A stretch of DNA of 64,000 nucleotides, from assembly GCA_002189035.1 (NCBI GenBank), contig CM007990.1, positions 3,844,001 to 3,908,000 on the forward strand, read 5' to 3'. Positions 54,507-64,000 of this stretch are shown here, in pieces. The notes beneath the pieces were generated by a model. That model had not been told where the DNA came from, made no database searches, and was given only the letters and a program-made list of their open reading frames with translations. The stretch's first letter is position 1; every line of letters begins with the position of its first letter. This DNA comes from Utricularia gibba (lineage: Eukaryota; Plantae; Magnoliophyta). The translations under genes were made by a program, and so were the position numbers.

Positions 54507-55625
54507 TCACTGGGGAACTGAGAAGATCAAGCAGCCATTGTCCCAGCGTATCCTGATCTCTCTTCCCACTTGCAGCCTTTTTTCTCTAATAATCTTTCCC
54601 CATTTACCAATCAGGTTGTAGTAGCTCCCACGCCATTTCAACTTCATAACATAGAAGTCACCTGTGTCATCATCTCGAGCATTAATGCCTACCTGACGTT
54701 CATTCCTTATCTGTTCCCGAGCAGGGTGAGTCCAATAGTACAGGATATGGTCTTCCACTGCTTTTCCAGGCAGAGTAAGGAATGGATGATTTATATCCAC
54801 GTCTGATAGCGTGAGGGATTTTTTGATAGGCCAATTATCATGGAGAGATGCTGCAGGAACAAAACGCTCATCAGGAACTGAGAAGTACAAGAGATTATTG
54901 GCCCACCTCAATCTAATTTCTTGTCCAACAGAGAGTGCCTTATGTCGGATTATATTCCCCCATTTTCCGATGAGGTGGTAATAATTTCCTCGCCATTTCA
55001 ACTTCATTTCATGAACATCACCTGTATCATAATCTTTAACACAAATTGACACCTGCTCTTCTCTTCTCAATCTTTCCCTTTCCAAGGGAGACCAGTGCAC
55101 AAGGATTTGCTCGTCGACAGACTTGCGAGCTAGCGGAAGAAATGGGTGATTCGTATCAACATCTGAAGATGTCAAGGCCTTCCTAATAGGCCAGTTATCT
55201 TGTAGAAGAGGTGCTGCAGCCGTTCTGACAGCTGGTGCAGCAACAACCTGCTGCTGAGGGACTGAGAAATGCAAGCAACCATTAAACCATCGTAGATTAA
55301 TTTCCTGACCAACTTCAAGTCCCTTACTACGCACAATTTTACCCCACTTTCCTATAAGATTATAATAACTCCCACGCCATTTCAATTTCATCACAGATAC
55401 TTCTCCATTATCGTCATCCTGGGCATTAAAACCCACCTGGCCTTCAGATCTTAATTGTTCTTGCTGTTGTGGTGTCATGTATGCCAAAATGTGTCTTTCA
55501 ACTTGTTGCCGAGACAGCGTAAGGAAGGGGTGTGTGATGTCAACATCAGAGAATGTCAGCACTTTTTTGATCGGCCATGGATCCTGCACATGAGGTATTG
55601 CAGTGTAGTATGCAGAACTCTTCAT
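54507..55625 (-). CDS. Protein of three tandem B3-like (DUF313-type) domains; intronless across the domains
   Basis: Open ORF 54507-55724; likely start MKSSAYY at 55625. Three copies of WPI[KR]KxLTxSDVDxxHPFLxL...MKLKWRGxYYxLIGKWGxI...L.VG.EI..RW.N..L.FSVP start at 55577, 55193 and 54833. The KxLTxSDV and LxxGDxI-like motifs are B3-superfamily hallmarks. Confidence 0.75.
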   Translation of the reverse strand: MKSSAYYTAIPHVQDPWPIKKVLTFSDVDITHPFLTLSRQQVERHILAYMTPQQQEQLRSEGQVGFNAQDDDNGEVSVMKLKWRGSYYNLIGKWGKIVRSKGLEVGQEINLRWFNGCLHFSVPQQQVVAAPAVRTAAAPLLQDNWPIRKALTSSDVDTNHPFLPLARKSVDEQILVHWSPLERERLRREEQVSICVKDYDTGDVHEMKLKWRGNYYHLIGKWGNIIRHKALSVGQEIRLRWANNLLYFSVPDERFVPAASLHDNWPIKKSLTLSDVDINHPFLTLPGKAVEDHILYYWTHPAREQIRNERQVGINARDDDTGDFYVMKLKWRGSYYNLIGKWGKIIREKRLQVGREIRIRWDNGCLIFSVPQ

Positions 55626-56690
55626 ACCTGATCTCCAGTAAGATGAAAAATCATGAGAACGAGAAATGCTAAAGCACAAAATCTGAGCTACTTGAAAAAA
55701 AAAAGCACTCATCGGAAATTGCAAAATTGTTTTTAGCTATCAATGTGCTGCAATGGTTGGAATTACAAACATGATTTAGAACATAATGCAAATGCATATC
55801 ATCATCATACAACAAAAAATAAAATCAAAAGTGCATAAAGCAGGAAAAAGATTTATTTAGAAACAGGCCATTTTTCATGCACAACACCTTCACAAATGAT
55901 AGCACCAGACATCAAAATTAATCTCCTATTGCAACACCATCATTATCCACTGCCAATAACAAAAATAGCTCCTCTCATTTTTCACTTCAGGAGAATTGAA
56001 GAAATCGAACAGTTCATTGCTTCCTTCTACTAGACAACCGAAAGAAAAAAAAAGATGATCTAATCCATGCAACCAAAGATACATAGAACACAGATGCAAA
56101 AAACCATTCCCCTCTTTATCAAAAGTTTAAAAGCCAACTCAACTCATGTCCCTCTGCAAAAAAACATATAATGCACACCCACCTACTTCCAGCGAAGGAT
56201 TAAAATTTACAGCAAGAAATTGACGAACACAAAGACCAGGGCCCTCCAAAAGGAATATACCAGCGATCCAGCTCTATCAATAAAGGGAACAAGAGAATCA
56301 TTAGCGTGAGTCGACAATTTGGCGAAACAAAAATGCGCCGCCAAGAAGAGAACCCGTACCAGGAAACCTAAAATGGAAGTCCCGGACAATGGAAAGTCCA
56401 AATGGCGGCGCCGGTGCCGGAATGAACGGCTACAAATTTCGATGGGGAGAAAGGGGAATTCAGAAGCCAGATAGCGAAGCCGAACATCTGTCCCATAAAG
56501 TATCATATTTATATTTTCCCCTCAAAATCCTAATAATATTAAAAACAGGAATAAATTTGCAGGAGAAAATTTGAAATTATAATTGTAATTTTAATAATTA
56601 AAATTCAATCTAGAAAACAGTTCACACATGACAAGTCGGATCCTTGGTGTTTTGTCGGGATGCGGACACGAAGACAGCAGAGAAGAAGAA

Positions 56691-59632
56691 TCATAATCCT
56701 CCTGGAAGAGGGATTGGTCTGATGGCGCTTGTGATTCTTCGGAAAGCTGTTTTCACTCTCTCTCGGAGACTCTCGTTCTCGCCGTCCACTTCGCCGCTCT
56801 GCTTGTCGAGGTACGCGCTGCTGCCGTCGACGGTGACCACCAGCTTCCCTTCATCCCCATACTTGACATCTCCGAAGAGAGAAAGGAAGAGGGCATGTAT
56901 GATCTTGTCGGCCCGCTTCGCCTCTTCTTCCTCGCTTGGTTCATTCTCGGGTTCCACCACCACCTTTGGGAGCTCTCTGCTGGCATTTAGGATCAGCGCC
57001 ACGACGGAATCCGACACCATGTCGCTGATCGGATCGGCTGCCCAGTCGAGGGAGACGTGGCTGTCGGACTCCTGCTTCACTGTTACAAGGTTGTGGACCA
57101 TCAGCACGGCGACGCCGGACTCTTCATCGATTGAGGACTCCACGCTTTTGTAGATCTGTTTCAACCTGTGTTTTATGACAGAAAATGCGCCGGAGTAAGG
57201 GACTGTGATCCTTTGGATGACGTTGCCTGTGGAAAGCTGGGAGAAGACATGGAGGTCCCCGGGTGCCATGATCTGATAAGTGAAACCCTTCTTGACAAGC
57301 AAGCCACTGACAGAGTCACCGGCATCTGGAAGTTTTTCAGCCAACTTGCCCACAGTTTTCGCCATTTTCTGCGAGTTGAAGTGCAACGTCACAGTCTGGC
57401 AATTCTTTGGGGTTAGGATCTTGGTGTTGCCATCAGAGAAGAGGGAAAGTAGTTTCTGCTTCAAACGCCCCATCTCGTTTGCTTCTCCATGAACCAGGAT
57501 GATGTTGGGAGGCATCAGCTCTTTCAGAAAAGTGCTTGTCTGGCTATAATCTGCGTGAGCAGAAAAGGAAATATAGTGCACCTGCATGTTGAGAGGGGCA
57601 GTCAATCCACTCGCCAGAGTGACTTCCTTGGGTTCACTCATAATCACCTTGGCCAATGTCCCATGCACAACATACCCTGGTAGAATGCATGCGTTCTTCT
57701 TGTCTGAGCACCATTTATCAAACAGCTGCCTTGATAACCCACTTTGGAGGCTTCCGGGGCTTGCCATCACCACAGCAGGTCCAACATCTCGAAACTCGTC
57801 AAGGCTTTTCAGAGGAGATATGTGCTTGAAATCAAACGGATTGGAGCTTTCAAATTGATTGCGAATTCTCTCATTCATGGAGTTGATATAGGTCTGGTAA
57901 ACAGCCATGCATCTTTTTGCAAGAGGGGAAGCATAATATATGGGAACATTCTGAAGCTCCGGGTGGTTTGACCAATACTCATCCAAAATCAAAAGTAGTT
58001 CTTGAGCTCGACCAAGGGCATAAGCCGGAATTAGAACACGGCCACCTTGGGAAACCGTGGAGTGAATAGCTTCAGTAAAGAGTCTTTCTCGAACATTGCG
58101 AGGCTGATGTGTTTGGACACCATATGTTGATTCTATTATGCAGATATCTGGGGAGAACTGAGGGAGCTCGGCAGCACGGAGATGGCGATCTTCTTCTCGT
58201 GAATAGTCCCCAGTGTATAGAACACGAACACCAGCTATATCCACCATAAACATGGCAGCACCCAGAACATGACCAGCTGTATAACACCAGAAACGCACAC
58301 CATTAACCTCCAGAGTCTGATGAAAGTCAATAACCTGGAGAAGAAAACAACTATCTTTCATGTCAGAAAAAAAAAAGTGAATTAAGAAATACAAAGGTTG
58401 ATGCTTATTTTCAAGTTTCGTTACATAAACAAACCTCAATTTTATCCATGGAGTTAAGGATGTCTTGTTCATCAAACAACATATCATCTGCTGAAACCTT
58501 GCTAACTTTCACATAATCTGATAGAAGCAACTTGTAGATGGCCTTAGTGGCATGAGTCATAAAAACCCTTCCACTGAACGTAGTCTGATATATGATCAAG
58601 GAGACAAGGTAACTGTAAGTGGCAGTCATGGAGAATAAATCATCTTCATATAATGAAGAACCCAACGTATTAACTAACCTTCTCTAGAAAATACGGAAGT
58701 GAAGCGGCATGGTCCAAGTGAAAGCTGAAGAACCAAAAATAAGTAACATTGGCAGACAAAAATATTGACAACACAATGCAATGCAATATTGAGATTCAAA
58801 ATGAAAGTGAAAATAGCACACAGAACTCATTCAGCCATCAAAGCATCTTTCAAAACTAATAATAGCTTCGAATGTTACATCAAGCATCATTCAACTTTCA
58901 AGCAGCTCTAATTCAACTCTTGTCCAAGCAAGCAACACAATACAGTGAAGCGAACTCAAGAGTGGATTCAGGTTCAACCACGAAAAGAAAATCAAAGACA
59001 GATGTAGTGAAGCGAACTCTGGCCAATTTCACTAAATGTGTTGTGGTTTATGCATCAAATTGAAGCCGAGTAACTTTCAACAACCACTAAATTCACGGAA
59101 GCAATGTTGGAATCACATACCAACAAAGCTAATTTAAAGTGCCGCGGCAGTTTCATTAGCACGAAGAAAATCATCAAAGGAGTTGTTTGGAATGCATCAA
59201 GGGGAAATCCAAAATACAGCATTTAAATGAACTAACATTCTTGAATTGAAAAAAAAAAAAATGCAAACTGAAGACAAGATGTCAGGTAAAAACATACTGG
59301 GTAACAAGAAGTACATCGATCTTTGTAGGGTCAATGTCATCAAAGTATGGCAAACCAGCCATACCGGTGAAGCCAGGATGAATCCCGCAGTCGAACTGCC
59401 AAAACACGACCCACAAAGCAAACCCAGCAAGTTAAATATTTGCGAGAAAAACAAAGCCTCGTGCACTAGCGAATACAACATCATGAGAAGAGCAGGAATT
59501 TACCATGACAGTTTTCCCTTTGAAAGTCATGATAACACAAGAGCGACCCACTTCACTCCCGGCTCCCAGTGGTGTAATAACGAGCTCATCTCCTTCACTC
59601 GTTGTATACAAAGTTCTCTTCGCCGAAGCCAT
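56691..59632 (-). CDS. CPSF73-I: Cleavage and polyadenylation specificity factor 73 kDa subunit (CPSF3); 5 exons
   Basis: [28 protein letters not shown] metallo-beta-lactamase motif, [23 protein letters not shown], beta-[30 protein letters not shown]. Frame intact to the stop at 56693-56691. Confidence 0.97.
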
Positions 59633-61836
59633 TGCTCGAAACACGAAACGCAAATTTGGAAGGTAAAAAAAAGTTTCCGCCAAGATTAATCACTTCCAGG
59701 GTACTCCGTTGAAGGGAGTCGGGAACAGAATAGGAACTCAAAACCCTCCAATCCTGTCAAAACCTATAAAATGAACGATTCGCAGAAACTTCTACTTCCA
59801 GCGGTTGAAGCTCAACGTTCACGGCGGTGCCGAACCGGATTCCACCTTCTCAGATTACAAAATTTCTACAGCCCTAGGACACTTCTTAGCGAAAAAATTA
59901 AACAAAAAAAGAACTGAATTTGGGATATTAGAAATAAAATTGCCTCACATTATAATTAATAATATATTTAATTTAGATAAATATATATTATATATCGATT
60001 AAAATTTTTTGATACGTAATTTTTAAATATATGTATTTAAAAAAATATTTAATAAATATATTTAAAATAAATATTTTGTGAATTGTATTGTTTACAAAAT
60101 TCATTTAAAAAATAAGTTTTGAAATACCTAATTCGAAGTGTTTTATATTATTAAATTAATCTACTAAATATATATTAATATTCATACATTATATTTAAAA
60201 AGTAAAATGAACTTACTAAATAGCTCCTAATAGATTAAGAAATAATTTTCTGAAAATAAGATTAAAAACTAAAATAAGATATAGAATAAGAATAAAATTT
60301 TTTGTAATTTCAAAAATAGATATAAAAATAAAAAAAAAATTGTATCAGAGTCAACAAATTATTTTTTTTTACTTTATAAAAATACAATTTAATACTTTCA
60401 TATACTTATAAAAAAACAAAAAAAAGTCCAGCACCACTTACTTAATTAACAGTGCTTGAAAAAAGTTATCTCCTTATCTAATTAGTAGCATAGCATAGTA
60501 GTTTAGAAGATAATACAGGGTAAAAATTATATTTTATTTCAAAAGAAGAAATTATTTCAGACCTTATTTTTAATACAAATTAGTAAAAAAATATTTTTTT
60601 ATTTTTTATTTTTTTTAAAAAAAGAAATACATTATATTTTTCAAAAACATTAATTTTTACTTTTGAAAATAATAAATAAATAATAGGATATGTGCATAAC
60701 ACACCCAAAGTTTTTATAAATTTATTTTTGAATTGAAAAAAAAGAGAAATTAAACTACTAATAACCTAGTTTTTTTATAATTGAAAATTCACCAAATATT
60801 ATATACTAAATTTTCAATTCAAATTTATTGTAATAATCCAAATCAAAATACATGAGGAAAGTTAGTATTTTTTTGAGTTTTTGTATCACCAAATAAAAAG
60901 TAATTAAAATAAGTAAAATCCTTCTGTTGCTTGGAATTATCTCCATCTTTACTTGAATTTAAAATAGTAATTGATTTTTTACAACCTTTTGACGAGTGTA
61001 TTAGGAAAAACATCGTTAAAAGGAAATTGAAGAAACATGAATTTAAAATGATATTTAAAAGTGTTTAGAGAAATATATTAATATAATAAAATAGCTTACA
61101 ATTAAAAAATAAAATTTATATTACATTCATATGGTTTAATTTTTAATTCAATAAAAATTTAAAATACAAGTGATTTGGATAGATAATTAGAAGACGGATA
61201 TTGAAAAATTAGAAAGAAAATTTAGTGTATAAAATAAATATATTATATGACATCTCTAAAGTGGGAAAAAGCAAGAAAAGAAGTGTAACGGGAAATCTTG
61301 CCGTGTAGAGGATTACAATAACGATATGAGATTAGAAAAAGACAGTGTTTTCAGACAAAATAGAGTACAAGCATGGGGGAGGAGGAGCATCAGACTGAGG
61401 CGTTGTTTTGATCACGTGGTCAGCTTCGGCGCTTGGGGATCAGGGCCCCCGTCAATCAATCCATTCCGTTCATTCAAAGCTTTTCTCGACCCCAATTTAC
61501 TGATAAATATGTGATTTCTCCAATTCCCTCTCTGCATTTATTGTTCCATCCCTCCGATGAATTGATGCTGTACGCCTCCTAGAAATCCACGTATATTCAT
61601 GCAGATTCCTGGACTTTTCTCCAAATCCCAACTAATCCGGCGTTTTCTCTGTCCCTGGTACAAAACCCATTTCGATATTTGTGAGGTCGAGGTCTCTTTT
61701 CTTTTCTAGCTGGAACTCCTTTGTTGGTGCCCAGTTTGCTAATTGTTCCTTCTGGAATCTGGGTCATCTGGGCGCAGTTTTGTGACTTTGAGTGAAGAGT
61801 AAAATAGCTCAAGGGGTTGGGGTTGTGAGTTTGATA

Positions 61837-63849
61837 ATGGAAAAATACGAACTTGTCAAGGATATTGGGTCGGGAAATTTTGGGGTGGCCAGGCTTATGA
61901 GAAACAAGGCAACTAAGGAGCTTGTGGCTATGAAGTACATTGAAAGAGGCCTCAAGGTTCCGTTCCAAGAATCACTTCTGTGTTTTTGGTCTATTTTCTG
62001 TGGTTCATTTACCCTTGAGTTCTAGCATGATTTGTTTTCTGTTGTTCGATGCAGATTGATGAAAACGTTGCTCGCGAGATCATAAATCACCGATCACTTC
62101 GACATCCCAATATAATTCGATTTAAGGAGGTGAAGTAATTCATACTGACTCAGAGCCGGTTTAATGCGACGACTAGTTGTGTTGATGTTTGTTGCTTGTT
62201 TTATGAGTAGGTGGTGCTTACACCAACTCATTTAGCTATTGTTATGGAGTATGCTGCTGGTGGAGAACTTTTTGAGAGGATCTGCACTGCTGGTAGATTC
62301 AGTGAAGATGAGGTAGTTTCTAAGACTTTCGGGCCTAATTTGACCGAATAAGTGATTACCTTTGGCTTTTGGGATTGCATTTTTTCATGTACTTTTTATG
62401 ATTTGCACAGGCTAGGTACTTCTTTCAGCAACTTATTTGTGGAGTCAGCTACTGTCACGCCATGGTAAGAGAAGCTGATTACCTGTCCGTGAGATGTCAC
62501 AGCCTGCAATATTCTGCCGAAAAATTGGGAGTATCATGCTTGCACACTCTGCGTAGCTAATGACTTTATCATTTGCAGCAAATATGCCATCGCGACTTGA
62601 AACTGGAGAATACCCTTCTTGATGGAAGTCCTGCTCCACGCCTCAAAATATGCGATTTTGGATACTCAAAAGTGATGCAAATTTGCAAAATATTTTGTTT
62701 TTTTGTTTATAAGTGCTCTGTTTGAACCTTGGTTTTCTTCTCTCAAGTCATCTCTACTCCACTCAAGGCCCAAGTCAACTGTAGGAACCCCTGCTTATAT
62801 TGCTCCAGAGGTTCTTTCCAGAAGAGAATACGATGGGAAGGCAAGAAAGCTACTTAATTTTTTTTTTTCCTGAAATTTCACCTAAGTGTGCTACTTTAAG
62901 CTTCATCCACCTTTTTGAACGCTTTTGCTGTTGTTGTTTTTTGGGGTTACTTGGATACCTCTTCGATATATTTAGCTAAGTGCTGTATGTCCGGCTTCCC
63001 CTGCTCATCTAATTTTGCTCCCAAGTACATCTCCAACTCATGAAAACTGCACCTCCTCTATGAAAATGTGATGGCTTTTCGACCTTCATCCTTCATTTTA
63101 CACCATACCTGTTTTTTCTATCCAGATGGCTGATGTTTGGTCTTGTGGCGTGACACTCTATGTTATGCTTGTTGGAGCATATCCTTTTGAAGATCAGCAA
63201 GATCCTAAGAACTTCAGGAAGACCATCCAAGCAAGTGTTTTGTTTTTCTTCCTTATCATGGCATTTCGTTCGTTCTTCTGCCTGCTTGTCTGGTCGACTT
63301 AACGTATTCATTATTTGATCTTTTCCAGAGGATAATTGCTGTTCAGTACAAGATTCCTGATTATGTCCATATATCAAAAGAGTGCAGGCACCTTCTTTCT
63401 CGGATATTTGTTGCCAGTCCAGCCAATGTATGAGAGCTGGTTTAAATTCCGGAATCACTTATCCTATTTCATGATGAAGACATGAGTCTTCCCTGTAATT
63501 CAACTCTCATGCAGAGAATCACAATCAAGGAAATCAAATCACACCCATGGTTCCTGAAGAACCTACCGAGGGAGCTAACAGAAGCAGCTCAAGCAGGATA
63601 CTACCGCAAGGAGAACCCAACCTATTCCCTCCAAACTGTAGAGGAGATCATGAAGATCGTAGAAGAGGCTAAATCTTCCTCTCCTGCCCCCGCTCACTCC
63701 GAGGATTCGGATGGGGAGCAGGAGAGGAAGAGGAAGAGTTGAAGGAAGAAGAAGAGGAGCCAGAGGACTTGGAAGAAGAAGATGATGAAGACGAGTATGA
63801 TAAGCAGGTAAAAGCTGCTCATGCCAGCGGAGAAGTGCACCTTGTGTGA
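61837..63849 (+). CDS. SnRK2: SNF1-related kinase 2, subclass I (SRK2A/SAPK7-like); 9 exons; apparent 1-nt frameshift in last exon
   Basis: [86 protein letters not shown]. With one C restored at 63687-63691 the tail reads [17 protein letters not shown]...[20 protein letters not shown]. Confidence 0.95.
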
Positions 63850-64000
63850 TGGGTGCAGTGAGAACTAGTAAGTTCCTTCCTGGTTTGGTTTGCTGTTTGG
63901 TACAGACAAGTGATGCCTGTATGAGGTGTGCAATAAGTTTGTAGAGCATTTCTGTGTGTTTTGTAGCATAAGAAGCATGCGGGTTTGAAGACATCTCCTT

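Overview
Plant (angiosperm) nuclear DNA with short introns; the species cannot be determined from the sequence. The left ~26 kb is transposon-rich. It holds an Athila-like LTR with a nested hAT MITE, a clade-IA SCPL acyltransferase gene and its 5'-truncated pseudogene duplicate, Gypsy/Copia/LINE remnants, a PIF/Harbinger-derived element carrying an FCP1-like phosphatase fragment, and the NAC gene XND1. The right ~38 kb is gene-dense: DUF482/FemAB-like GNAT, DUF707, CMC2, a CDK-like kinase, stromal HSP70, a YTH m6A reader, a triple-B3-like protein, CPSF73-I and a subclass-I SnRK2. It is interspersed with a MULE-like foldback element, a solo LTR, a (CT)91 tract and a 64-bp plastid 23S rRNA insert. 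No prokaryotic-type system (CRISPR, operon) is present. The best novelty candidates are the phosphatase-carrying Harbinger, the YTH protein with a four-fold repeated disordered region, the triple B3-like protein and an apparent excess of GC-AG introns. Three otherwise intact genes each carry a 1-nt-short homopolymer frameshift, which most likely reflects assembly error. All calls come from manual reading and recalled family motifs; no database searches were run.
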